Of a stretch of DNA of 60,868 nt, positions 35,879 to 43,912 are shown in pieces. The DNA is from a virus. Taxonomy: Duplodnaviria; Caudoviricetes. The stretch lies in IMG/VR virus record IMGVR_UViG_3300035670_000219, positions 1 to 60,868 of that record; one strand, 5' to 3'. A model generated the notes under the pieces. It was not told the origin of the DNA and searched no databases. It worked only from the letters and a program-made list of their open reading frames with translations. Position numbers and translations under genes: made by a program. Each line of letters starts with the position of its first letter. The first letter of the stretch is position 1.

Positions 35879-35899
35879 GGTTTTGAATTAAGTGTGGGT

Positions 35900-35985
35900 T
35901 GGTGCGAACAGAGAGGATCGAACTCTCACGACCAAAGGTCAACGGATTTTAAGTCCGTAGCGTCTACCTATTCCGCCATGTTCGC
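35900..35985 (-). tRNA. trnL: tRNA-Leu(TAA), intron-less, CCA encoded
   Basis: GCGAACA...ACGGA-CTTAAAA-TCCGT, long variable arm, GAGAG-TTCGATC-CTCTC-TGTTCGC-ACCA. Confidence 0.95.
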
Positions 35986-36195
35986 ATCACTTGGGCTTAC
36001 GCTTACGTCAATTGACGCATGCTGCCAAGTGTGGTCTTGAGGTAGGACTTCCATTCCGTAAGTCCAGCTATCGTAATCATCCTCATTACGAGGATCTTCT
36101 TCAATCAATACATAGTGAGGTGAGTTGTCATGGATGTACTCGCCAAGATTTGCCATAGCCATGGCAAGCAGTTGCTCATCGGTGTAGTTAGTCAT
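35968..36195 (-). CDS. small acidic protein whose stop lies inside tRNA-Leu
   Basis: ORF track; the last 18 nt overlap the tRNA. Confidence 0.5.
   Translation of the reverse strand: MTNYTDEQLLAMAMANLGEYIHDNSPHYVLIEEDPRNEDDYDSWTYGMEVLPQDHTWQHASIDVSVSPSDANMAE
35988..36031 (-). promoter_or_regulatory. class B element directly upstream of tRNA-Leu
   Basis: CACTTGG-CA-GC[hairpin]GC-GTAAGC-CCAAGTG. Confidence 0.6.
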
Positions 36196-36246
36196 TGGTA
36201 GAAACCAGCCCTAGTATCGAGGCTAAGGCTGGTAAACCGTGCGGGC

Positions 36247-37971
36247 TCAGGCAGATTGTAGCTGAGATTCTCGCTGTTGCAAAGCCAGTTTAAAGGCATC
36301 GCTGTACTGATCCTTCTGCTCATCCGTCAGTCGCTGGTTGGCAACACCAGCAATTTGCTTGACAGACATCAGGCCCATGTCAACTACCAGTTGGATGGTG
36401 AATGTAGGTTTACCATCAATCATGCAAAGCACAATGAAGTGTTTACGCTTCTTGATGTCATCAGCATAGTGCGATGCAGATCCGACGCAGTTGCGTACAG
36501 CCTGGCCCCACATGGCTAGTTGATGTGTGTCAACAGGCTGGAAGAATGACCAGGTTTGATCATTGCGTGTAACCCTGATGGGTTCAGGGAATAGATCTTG
36601 ACGCAAAGATTCGTTGGGATTCTGGATCTTCCAAGACTCAGCTTGCACATAATCATGGAACTCATTGATGCGCCATCGCTTGGGTGGTGCAAGTTCATTT
36701 CCATGGTCAAGGATACGGATTGCCATGGAGAATGTGTCATTCAGTTCATAGAATCCAACGCGTGGATAACCAACCTCTGAGTCAACACCTTTGAGTGTAT
36801 AGGTTTCAAGATATTTACGCAGCATTGTAAACAACGATGCAACAGGCATGTGCCTACGTAACCAACCAACAAATTGATTTGAGTTGGTGCTTATGCTGCT
36901 TGTACGTACTTGACTAAGTCTGATGTAACGGAGCTCCTTATAATAAGTTTGGTAGTAATCAAGTGGGCAGTCAGGCCATAGCCTGTTGATCCAGTCAATC
37001 GAATCAATGATATGAATAAATGTTCTGAAGCCTTGAGTAATTGGCTTGCGTTCAGTGTTGCCTGGGTCATTGTACGCAAGTGTACAGCGATCAAGCTCTG
37101 TTTGCAGCAACCTCTTGATTGCTGGCTTAGAAATAATGTGCTTGATTCTTTCCAGTACACAAAACGTTGATGATGGAAAATTCGGATTCTTGTTAAATTC
37201 AATTGCTGCATTAAGTAAGTTATCAACAGTTAAGCCTTGCTCTACATCAAGACACTTGGTAATCATCGGAGGCATATCAGCTGCATCAAAGATATTCTTG
37301 CAACGCAGTCGATCAAACAATCCACGGGAGTCAGACCATGTTGGAATATTTTCTCGCAAACTAAATTCAAATTGACGCGTTGCGTAATCAATAATATTGC
37401 GTCCTTTCTGGCAGTGAAGATTAAAGGCTTGCCATTGGTAGGAACGCCAGCCACTACCTTCATTTGATTCAATATCACCCTTGGTGATGTTCATTGAATA
37501 AGTAAACGTTTGGGCACCACGATCACTTGGGTGCTCGATGCATTTGTCCTTACTGTTCCAAATGAAATTTGGTGCAGTTTTGGCAGCAGCTGCTGTGTTC
37601 TTGAATGCGTAGGCATGGCCATACACATATTGATCAGCTTCCTGCTTGGGAGGAAGCCATGCTGCGTACCATACCTGTTCGTAGTGATACAGTATGGCAA
37701 TGACTTTGAATCTGGTCTCTAAAGTTGCTGCTGTAATAGGTTTAGTAAATACCCGGTAACGATCTGGTGCTTGCTGTTGATTGATGTGATCAATCGCAGC
37801 TTGCTGATCTGATTCACGCACCACGTTATGTGGGATGAGATGCGGAATGTTACCCAGTGGGTACTTAGCTTTCTTGGTAGTCTTGGCCTTGGTCTGTTTA
37901 GCCAACACCTTCAGTGTTGGATCATAAGCCAAGAGTTCGGTTTGAAGGTTGGAAGGAAGAGCAAATTGCAT
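36247..37971 (-). CDS. protein with C-terminal PcfJ-like domain
   Basis: L..WG..VRNCVG...Y...I......I......G....TIQL......V.QI.G..N. Confidence 0.7.
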   Translation of the reverse strand: MQFALPSNLQTELLAYDPTLKVLAKQTKAKTTKKAKYPLGNIPHLIPHNVVRESDQQAAIDHINQQQAPDRYRVFTKPITAATLETRFKVIAILYHYEQVWYAAWLPPKQEADQYVYGHAYAFKNTAAAAKTAPNFIWNSKDKCIEHPSDRGAQTFTYSMNITKGDIESNEGSGWRSYQWQAFNLHCQKGRNIIDYATRQFEFSLRENIPTWSDSRGLFDRLRCKNIFDAADMPPMITKCLDVEQGLTVDNLLNAAIEFNKNPNFPSSTFCVLERIKHIISKPAIKRLLQTELDRCTLAYNDPGNTERKPITQGFRTFIHIIDSIDWINRLWPDCPLDYYQTYYKELRYIRLSQVRTSSISTNSNQFVGWLRRHMPVASLFTMLRKYLETYTLKGVDSEVGYPRVGFYELNDTFSMAIRILDHGNELAPPKRWRINEFHDYVQAESWKIQNPNESLRQDLFPEPIRVTRNDQTWSFFQPVDTHQLAMWGQAVRNCVGSASHYADDIKKRKHFIVLCMIDGKPTFTIQLVVDMGLMSVKQIAGVANQRLTDEQKDQYSDAFKLALQQRESQLQSA

Positions 37972-38000
37972 GGTGAGTTCGTAGTAAGTTCGTAGTTGGA

Positions 38001-38028
38001 TAGGCAGTTTAACGTCATACCCAGGACG
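38001..38028 (-). promoter_or_regulatory. class A pseudoknot element, copy 5
   Basis: CGTC-C-TGGGTA-T-GACG-TTAAAC-TGCCTA. Confidence 0.7.
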
Positions 38029-38033
38029 GTTGA

Positions 38034-38285
38034 TTAGTCTAGATCGTCACGCTCGACAAGTTCCCACTGAGGATCGAGCTGATCAAGATAGGCACAGAAG
38101 CCATCTTCATCAAGAGGGATTGGTTCCTCTGGATCCAACTCGATAGTTGCTTGACACAATGCAGGAGCCCACTCTTCAGGTTCGAAGCGAGTCGCCCGAT
38201 AGAGCAAGCGCATTTCGTCAACAACTGCTGTAACTGTGACATGAGTGTCAGTGAATGAAGTGTGTTCAATTGCAAGGACTGTCAT
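38034..38285 (-). CDS. small acidic hypothetical protein
   Basis: ORF track. Confidence 0.6.
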   Translation of the reverse strand: MTVLAIEHTSFTDTHVTVTAVVDEMRLLYRATRFEPEEWAPALCQATIELDPEEPIPLDEDGFCAYLDQLDPQWELVERDDLD

Positions 38286-38470
38286 CAGTTGTCATCCACG
38301 TAGGAATAGGTAGTTGTTTTGACAAGGCGATACTTCATCCACAGACGTGCTGTGTCGTACTCGCCATTCCAACGTTTTGAATTCAACACATTTGCCGATG
38401 CTCTGCGCTCTGCGCAGGCAGCAAGATTAATGCGGTCAAACATGTTGAGGTTGTCAGTTACTGCAGACAT
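38285..38470 (-). CDS. hypothetical protein
   Basis: Start trimmed to ATG 38470. Confidence 0.5.
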   Translation of the reverse strand: MSAVTDNLNMFDRINLAACAERRASANVLNSKRWNGEYDTARLWMKYRLVKTTTYSYVDDN

Positions 38471-38495
38471 GAGTTGAGTTGAGTAGGTGGACAAA

Positions 38496-38527
38496 ATCTG
38501 GGACTTACACCATAAGGATGCCCAGAT
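38496..38527 (-). promoter_or_regulatory. class B element
   Basis: ATCTGGG-CA-TCC-TTAT-GGT-GTAAGT-CCCAGAT. Confidence 0.65.
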
Positions 38528-38700
38528 CTTTAATTACTCCAGAGATCTATCTCTTCTTCTAATTCTTCTTCAGTAAGAAGACAAACGGCTGTATTGAGAA
38601 AACCTTCAATACATCCTGGATCTTTGTGAACAGCATTCATTATTTTCAGAATAAGCTGCTGTTCTTTCTCGTAACGGTCAAGATTAATTGCCATGATTCT

Positions 38701-38898
38701 TTAGATTATCTTAATGTTTGGAATGCTAACTCCTGTGCCTGGAAGACTGAGTGATCCACGCACGCCAGACTGACGAGCATTAAGTGTCAATTGAAACGGA
38801 CCAAGCTGGAACGATTTGCTGTACGATTTGATCCCATGTTCTGTGATGTTAAATCCAGCAACAGTGCGATCAAAATTCAATGGAGATTTGTCGGTCAT
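38701..38898 (-). CDS. DUF4236-like small protein
   Basis: FNIT..GI.S.S...GP.........RGS.SLPGTG.S. Confidence 0.5.
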   Translation of the reverse strand: MTDKSPLNFDRTVAGFNITEHGIKSYSKSFQLGPFQLTLNARQSGVRGSLSLPGTGVSIPNIKII

Positions 38899-39205
38899 CT
38901 TTGAGTTTGCGAATGAGTTGTTGAAGTTCATCTTCAGTACCAGTAATTGATACTGTTAATGTTGTTTGCTTCGGCTTAGGTCTACGCTTATTGCGCAAAT
39001 CCCGCACAGAAGATTCGCGTTGGAACTTGGTGCCACATACTGAATTAGATTTGAACAATGCACAGCATTCTTCTAATTCAATATCTGCACCCCACTGTGC
39101 AGCTTCAATGAGAAGTTCACTGAAGCTTTTGCCTAACTGATTGTACTGGTGACGCCAAGCGTCAAGCAAGTACTCTGTTGGAATAACGGGATGTTGTTGA
39201 GTCAT
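38870..39205 (-). CDS. small protein, WGADQELEACC family
   Basis: MTQQHP...AAQWGADIELEECC...LR.KRRPKP. Confidence 0.6.
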   Translation of the reverse strand: MTQQHPVIPTEYLLDAWRHQYNQLGKSFSELLIEAAQWGADIELEECCALFKSNSVCGTKFQRESSVRDLRNKRRPKPKQTTLTVSITGTEDELQQLIRKLKDDRQISIEF

Positions 39206-39411
39206 TTGAGGTCTTCAGGCATAAGTGCATTGGCATCTTCGTCATCCATATTTGTCATGACAAATTTCTCTCCATTGGGGGCAATAAAGCCACCAATGAA
39301 TCCAATGCCATGTTTCTCAGCAGATTCCTTCATCTTGGCAACAAGTTGCATAGCTTGAAGTCTTTGCATATCCAGAGAGTCTGGTATACGAGGAAGATTT
39401 GATTCAGTCAT
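39202..39411 (-). CDS. hypothetical protein
   Basis: Start trimmed to MTESNLP. Confidence 0.55.
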   Translation of the reverse strand: MTESNLPRIPDSLDMQRLQAMQLVAKMKESAEKHGIGFIGGFIAPNGEKFVMTNMDDEDANALMPEDLK

Positions 39412-39571
39412 TGGTGAGTAATGAATGTTGAGTTGAGATAACAAGGGAAGTCTACCAGAGATGTAAAGGACTAGGACATAAGTATGTCTTATATAATCCA
39501 AGGATTCCCTGGTACTCCAGCGGGGGAGTTTGAGGGGGTGAGTACGTATGTACTAATCGCCCTACTGGCTG

Positions 39572-39847
39572 TTACCGATGCATGGCTTGGTGTTCTTTCC
39601 ATGCAGCAGTGTGCATCTCATTCATTGTTATGGGAGGCTCTCCTGGTTCATTCGGTGTTGGATCGTAGTCGATCTCGTCTTCTAACATACTGATCACTTC
39701 TAGTACAACATCTGCTGTATGCGGAGTGAGATGCTCGTCCATTTGATGACGCTTGCCCTCACGTTCTTGGATTGCCTTGAGGAGATTGACCACCTCTTGT
39801 AGTTGGTGGTACTCGTTCTTCTTCCAGTTGATTTCAGGGTAGGACAT
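39572..39847 (-). CDS. hypothetical protein
   Basis: DYDPT...GEPPIT..EMH.AAW pattern. Confidence 0.6.
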   Translation of the reverse strand: MSYPEINWKKNEYHQLQEVVNLLKAIQEREGKRHQMDEHLTPHTADVVLEVISMLEDEIDYDPTPNEPGEPPITMNEMHTAAWKEHQAMHR

Positions 39848-39877
39848 GAGTTGTTCAGAGTTGAGGTTGAGGTAAAG

Positions 39878-39918
39878 CCTGGGACTTACACACCGTAATT
39901 ACGTAGGTGCTGCCCAGG
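39878..39918 (-). promoter_or_regulatory. class B element
   Basis: CCTGGG-CA-GCACC[loop]GGTGT-GTAAGT-CCCAGG. Confidence 0.65.
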
Positions 39919-39995
39919 ATTGAGGCTATGACTAAAGTATTGGCATGTATTGGCATTTCTTACGTGCCATCTAATACTACGCAAGTGTTATGGTG

Positions 39996-40238
39996 TTATG
40001 CGACTTTGGGCTCTGTCATGATCCAACCAGTGTAGTTATCACTGCATCGTTCAACGCGTATCAAACCGTATTGTTCCAGTTTGATTAAGGCGTTGAGATA
40101 TTGATCAAGCCTTGAGTTCTGTACAGGAATCCTTGGTACAAAACAAGGCGTCTTCCCATACTTCTTCCTGTGATTCAGGAAGTATGCATAGAGATTACGC
40201 TGATTGATCGTAAGTGATGGAGTTGCAGTCGCTGGCAT
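39996..40238 (-). CDS. winged-helix-like DNA-binding protein
   Basis: LT.NQ..LY.Y........G...L..L.KLE..GLI. Confidence 0.5.
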   Translation of the reverse strand: MPATATPSLTINQRNLYAYFLNHRKKYGKTPCFVPRIPVQNSRLDQYLNALIKLEQYGLIRVERCSDNYTGWIMTEPKVA

Positions 40239-40241
40239 GAC

Positions 40242-40610
40242 TTAGCAATAGTGTGGACGGGTCTTAGGGTACACCTCTGCATACCTATTAGAAAAACTTA
40301 GCTCGATGTTCGAGTAAGTTGTTGTATCTCCAAGAGAGGGCTGACCTTCGATCTCGTACTCTTCGAAGTACTTGACGTAGGTTTGGATCGCCTGCTTCTT
40401 GGAGAAGATGCAGTGGCTGAGGACTGGGTATCCTGCTTGGTACCACCATCCACCTTCTTCTGGACCGCCGTAGTTGAGCGTCGTTTCGTGGATGGTGATA
40501 ACCGTTGGGTCTTGCTCTTCGTAATGCTTGTGTTGCTTGTAGGCTCCGATTGCGTATCGGGCTTTGTAGGTGTTGGGGTAGAACTTCTTGAGTTCTGAGA
40601 TGTAAGACAT
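40242..40610 (-). CDS. conserved phage hypothetical protein
   Basis: YGGPEEGGWWY..G and P..RPHYC motifs. Confidence 0.65.
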   Translation of the reverse strand: MSYISELKKFYPNTYKARYAIGAYKQHKHYEEQDPTVITIHETTLNYGGPEEGGWWYQAGYPVLSHCIFSKKQAIQTYVKYFEEYEIEGQPSLGDTTTYSNIELSFSNRYAEVYPKTRPHYC

Positions 40611-40697
40611 GATGCAAACTCCGAGATGATGATTGAAATGATTGCGATCAAGATGACGATAATGTCACCGTCATCCCATGCTTGATGCAGTGTGTAC

Positions 40698-40898
40698 TTA
40701 GGCCTGGTCATCGTATTCGTCCCATTGTTCTTCTGTATTTGTAACATTGAAACCAACGAATTGACCGTCGATTTCAACAAGGGACCAATCGCTTTGCGAT
40801 GTTTCACGCATGGCTTCTTGTTCTTCTTCGAACTGATCAGCCATTGCGTCAAGGATGTCAGCATTACGCTGCTCATCAATGAAGTTAGGGTCTCTCAT
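40698..40898 (-). CDS. small acidic protein
   Basis: ORF track. Confidence 0.5.
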   Translation of the reverse strand: MRDPNFIDEQRNADILDAMADQFEEEQEAMRETSQSDWSLVEIDGQFVGFNVTNTEEQWDEYDDQA

Positions 40899-40928
40899 GG
40901 TTTGAGTTGAGTAAGGTTTGCAGTTGTC

Positions 40929-40964
40929 CTGGGGCTTACACCACGTACTTATGTGGATGCCCAG
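40929..40964 (-). promoter_or_regulatory. class B element
   Basis: CTGGG-CA-TCCACAT[loop]ACGTGGT-GTAAGC-CCCAG. Confidence 0.65.
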
Positions 40965-40975
40965 TTTAGTTGGTG

Positions 40976-41323
40976 CTACTTCATGTATAAATAGCCGCCT
41001 GCCCAGTCGGCATTATGCAGACAGGTCTCATATGATACGTCGTCAAGCAAATTGTAACGGACATGTTTGGCTGGCGCCTTCCATGAAGCAGGTTTGTAGA
41101 CAGCACCTGATTGTCTGTGGATAAAAGCATGGACACTGCCATGTTCAGTACCTAAGCCATTACGCTTGAGGTTACGCTGAATAAGCTTGTAATACTTCGT
41201 ACCACGAACAACATCAAAGACAAGGTCGTTGCTGTGATAGTTCTTGTTGTAGTTCTCAGTAAGCTTATCGATTAATGCATCGATGCGTGCTTCGAGAACT
41301 TGGATGTGTTCATCGAGCTTCAT
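40976..41323 (-). CDS. conserved cyanophage protein
   Basis: G.KYYK.....SVHAFI....G.VYKPASWKAPAK.VRYNL...ADWAGGYLY. Confidence 0.7.
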   Translation of the reverse strand: MKLDEHIQVLEARIDALIDKLTENYNKNYHSNDLVFDVVRGTKYYKLIQRNLKRNGLGTEHGSVHAFIHRQSGAVYKPASWKAPAKHVRYNLLDDVSYETCLHNADWAGGYLYMK

Positions 41324-41513
41324 TAACTTTCTCCTGGATAGGTTGAGGATTGAGTTGCGTCATATCAACACCTAGCAGTGAACTGGCGGTGATGGTGGCG
41401 ATGATGATGGAGAAGAGAGCAATGGCAATAGACCAACGGCGATTCTCATGAGACTCACCATAAGAATCCATTGTGATGTACTTGCCTCTTCCCATGGAGT
41501 AGATGGTCTTCAT
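41310..41513 (-). CDS. small membrane protein
   Basis: One hydrophobic segment. Confidence 0.5.
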   Translation of the reverse strand: MKTIYSMGRGKYITMDSYGESHENRRWSIAIALFSIIIATITASSLLGVDMTQLNPQPIQEKVNEAR

Positions 41514-41514
41514 A

Positions 41515-41787
41515 TCAGTTGGTCTCTAGGATGTAACGGCAAGCAATGTAGTCTTGGTCAGGGAGTGAAACAGGGTTACCTTGTTCGTATGAACCGTAGG
41601 TATCCACCCACTGACCATCAATCAATACATCGAGACATTCAAAGTATGCATCGATGTATTCACGTGCTTGTTCTGTAAGTGCTACCCAATGAAGGTAACA
41701 CTCACTCGTCTTGCAACTGATGTAATAGTCATCGATCTTAAACATCGCAATAGCTTTGTCAAGATCTTCTTTGCCGACGGTTAACAT
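41515..41787 (-). CDS. hypothetical protein
   Basis: ORF track. Confidence 0.5.
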   Translation of the reverse strand: MLTVGKEDLDKAIAMFKIDDYYISCKTSECYLHWVALTEQAREYIDAYFECLDVLIDGQWVDTYGSYEQGNPVSLPDQDYIACRYILETN

Positions 41788-41811
41788 GGTGTCGTAACGA
41801 TGGATTGGTTG

Positions 41812-41862
41812 TGCAGGATATTGAGTCCTGCAGAGAAGGCCCGAAGGCCCTCAGTGCAGAAG
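41812..41862 (-). promoter_or_regulatory. class C element (X-hairpin-X'-loop-X)
   Basis: TTCTGCA...GGGCC-TTCG-GGCCT...TGCAGGA-CTCAATA-TCCTGCA. Confidence 0.65.
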
Positions 41863-42102
41863 TCAGTCCTCATGCTTGCGTTCCCAACGAAGCAGCTCTC
41901 GGTTGAGATCTACTTTACGTTGGAGTACAACGCAGAACGGCATGAGATCTTGGTAATCACGCATGCCATCCTGCCATTGGAAAAAGATCTCGAGAGCAGC
42001 TTGACGCTGCGCCTCAAGTTCTTCGTCAATCACAGGGGCATCTCTCCTGGCAAGCAGGCGAGCATCTTGCGTGAGGAGTTGTTCAACAGCTTGGTAGTTC
42101 AT
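41863..42102 (-). CDS. hypothetical protein
   Basis: ORF track. Confidence 0.55.
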   Translation of the reverse strand: MNYQAVEQLLTQDARLLARRDAPVIDEELEAQRQAALEIFFQWQDGMRDYQDLMPFCVVLQRKVDLNRELLRWERKHED

Positions 42103-42130
42103 TGAACTAACTTGGTGTCGTGTGGTGTGA

Positions 42131-42193
42131 TGCAGAGCTAAGCCCTGCAGAAACCCCTCATCTCCAATAGGAAATAAGGGGAAAGTGCAGAGA
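42131..42193 (-). promoter_or_regulatory. class C element
   Basis: CTCTGCA...CCCCTTATTTCC/GGAGATGAGGGG...TGCAGGG-CTTAG-CTCTGCA. Confidence 0.65.
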
Positions 42194-42397
42194 TCAGTTC
42201 ACGTACTTACTGTTGATGCAGTAGTACGTATCGCCAAGGAATCCTTGGACGTAGATCAGATTGTGTCCCGGTCTATCGTGGCATGTGGCTTGGTAGTGTT
42301 TGTTGAGAAGCTTCTGCGCTCCAACAGATAGCAGTAGACCCAAGCCAGAACCAAGAATGATAGCCACACAGGAATCACTAAAGCAGTTGGTACGCAT
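42194..42397 (-). CDS. small membrane/exported protein
   Basis: N-terminal hydrophobic helix; two Cys in the C-terminal part. Confidence 0.5.
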   Translation of the reverse strand: MRTNCFSDSCVAIILGSGLGLLLSVGAQKLLNKHYQATCHDRPGHNLIYVQGFLGDTYYCINSKYVN

Positions 42398-42399
42398 GA

Positions 42400-42588
42400 T
42401 CAGATGTTGTTCTTAGGAGTAATGACGAATGCCATGTCATTAGGCATGACAAGTGCAGCAGTACGACAACGAATGTCATGTAGCTTAGAGCCAATGTCAT
42501 CCTTGGTAGGTACCTTGGCATTCTCTACTGCGGCTGCAGTATTGACAAGGATGGACGCAATGTTCTTGCGGATGTTGAGCTTGGTCAT
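42400..42588 (-). CDS. hypothetical protein
   Basis: ORF track. Confidence 0.5.
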   Translation of the reverse strand: MTKLNIRKNIASILVNTAAAVENAKVPTKDDIGSKLHDIRCRTAALVMPNDMAFVITPKNNI

Positions 42589-42608
42589 GGTGTCGAATGA
42601 AATGAATA

Positions 42609-42681
42609 GCAGGCTGAGTGCCTGCAGTAAAACAACCGGGGTAGTACATATATACCACCCCGGAATGTCTTAGAGCAGGAG
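42609..42681 (-). promoter_or_regulatory. class C element
   Basis: CCTGC...CCGGGGTGGTA/TACTACCCCGG...GCAGGC-ACTCA-GCCTGC. Confidence 0.65.
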
Positions 42682-42891
42682 TCAGAAGGGAAGTTCTCCC
42701 ATCAATTGCCAGTAACTATTGAAATCAAGGACAGCCAGCCGAGGAGCTGGGACTTCAGCGCCAAGATCACTCTGCTCTTTCCACTCCTCAGCAAGCTGAA
42801 GAGATTGGGAATGAGCTTCGTCTTCTGTCTTGTGATAGCCAACGATGTAACCGTTGGAAAGCACGATGTAAGAGTTCTTGATCATTGACAT
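42682..42891 (-). CDS. hypothetical protein
   Basis: Start trimmed to MSMIKNS. Confidence 0.5.
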   Translation of the reverse strand: MSMIKNSYIVLSNGYIVGYHKTEDEAHSQSLQLAEEWKEQSDLGAEVPAPRLAVLDFNSYWQLMGELPF

Positions 42892-42912
42892 GATGTTGAG
42901 TTGGTAGTGGGT

Positions 42913-42962
42913 ACAGGATGTTGAGTCCTGTTGAGGGGGCCGTAGCCCCCAGAGCAGGAGTC
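42913..42962 (-). promoter_or_regulatory. class C element
   Basis: TCCTG...GGGGGC/GCCCCC...ACAGGA-CTCAACA-TCCTGT. Confidence 0.65.
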
Positions 42963-43151
42963 CTAGATCTTGTAGCCGTTCGCTACACACCAATCCCTGT
43001 GGATTTGATCGGCATCCTTGGGCCAGTCATGAGTTATGCATTGCTTGGCAGTTGCCTTATCAATGAAGTAACCAGCGACTGGGCCAGCGATGATACCCAT
43101 GGCAAATGCCTGGATAATGATAAGTGCATACATGTTCTGTGCTTTGATCAT
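42963..43151 (-). CDS. small membrane protein
   Basis: Hydrophobic N-terminus; C..HDWP......H.DWC..NGY. Confidence 0.55.
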   Translation of the reverse strand: MIKAQNMYALIIIQAFAMGIIAGPVAGYFIDKATAKQCITHDWPKDADQIHRDWCVANGYKI

Positions 43152-43191
43152 GATCGTGTGGTGTAGATAGATGCCACTGGATTGTGGCAAT

Positions 43192-43239
43192 ACTGAAGGC
43201 AGGGTTTGCACCTGCCAATGCCGCTTATACGGACTCAGT
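43192..43239 (-). ncRNA. class D mini-tRNA-like element
   Basis: ACTGAG-T-CCG-TATAAG-CGG-CATT-GGCAGG-TGCAAAC-CCTGCC-TTCAGT. Confidence 0.6.
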
Positions 43240-43516
43240 CTTCATCTTGCCAAGCAAGGCGTTCTTGCTCACGCTGACGCATGAACTTGATGATGCCCTG
43301 CAATTCGGCAAGTGTCAGGTAACCGGTTGGGTCACACATGCCTGGAAACCACGCTTCATACGTGGTCTCTGAGCCTGGATCGTTGGCTGCCATTAGTCCT
43401 GAACCCTTGGGTCCAGTGACAATAGAGATTTCGCCAACGAGGCTATCGATGTATACAAGGTGGAAACCACCAGGTACACCAAGATGTTGTACCCAACCAG
43501 TAGTCAGGTCAATCAC
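43235..43516 (-). CDS. hypothetical protein
   Basis: Start trimmed to GTG 43516; E.SIV.GP.G.GL...TYE.W...GYLT..E pattern. Confidence 0.5.
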   Translation of the reverse strand: MIDLTTGWVQHLGVPGGFHLVYIDSLVGEISIVTGPKGSGLMAANDPGSETTYEAWFPGMCDPTGYLTLAELQGIIKFMRQREQERLAWQDED

Positions 43517-43560
43517 GGGTGTTCTCCGTGTGTGCGGTACCCATCTCCGCTGTGGGTAAT

Positions 43561-43607
43561 AACTGGACCAGGGTTTGCACCTGGTCACCCGCTTTAACGG
43601 ATCAGTT
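43561..43607 (-). ncRNA. class D mini-tRNA-like element
   Basis: AACTG-AT-CCG-TTAAAG-CGG-GT-GACCAGG-TGCAAAC-CCTGGTC-CAGTT. Confidence 0.6.
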
Positions 43608-43832
43608 GTTCTCCAGCATCTCGTCCACGTAGGACTTGATAGTCTGGAGATGGTCGGCAGTAAGTACTTGGCTACGGCCATACTCAAGCAGGTCAAGGAC
43701 CTGGAGCATGACGTTATCGCCAGCTTCCTGCCGGGTTGGTACGCCACACATTTCGAAGATCTCATCACGTGACATCTCAGTGATGTCAACGCAATCGATC
43801 TGACGAACGGTGGCGATGGTGGTGCTGGTCAC
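43602..43832 (-). CDS. hypothetical protein
   Basis: GTG start with GGAG upstream. Confidence 0.5.
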   Translation of the reverse strand: MTSTTIATVRQIDCVDITEMSRDEIFEMCGVPTRQEAGDNVMLQVLDLLEYGRSQVLTADHLQTIKSYVDEMLENN

Positions 43833-43853
43833 GTTGTTACTCCGTAGGGTGAG

Positions 43854-43887
43854 CTTGGGCTTACACCACTGAAGTGTGGATGCCAAG
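43854..43887 (-). promoter_or_regulatory. class B element
   Basis: CTTGG-CA-TCCAC[loop]GTGGT-GTAAGC-CCAAG. Confidence 0.65.
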
Positions 43888-43912
43888 GTCGTGACCGACC
43901 GCCGAGTTGTCT

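Noticed and set aside
40298-40879. 193-aa Ser/Thr/Lys-rich ORF
   Set aside because: It is mostly an alternative-frame shadow of two better-supported ORFs; at most a short membrane peptide from about 40712 could be real.
43517-43789. Long N-terminal extension of ORF 43235-43789
   Set aside because: It runs through a class D element and another gene's frame; it is a shadow ORF.
38496-43887. Class B GGTGTAAG(T/C)CC resembles twister ribozyme loop 4
   Set aside because: The stems pair differently, and the cleavage-site and pseudoknot partners are absent.
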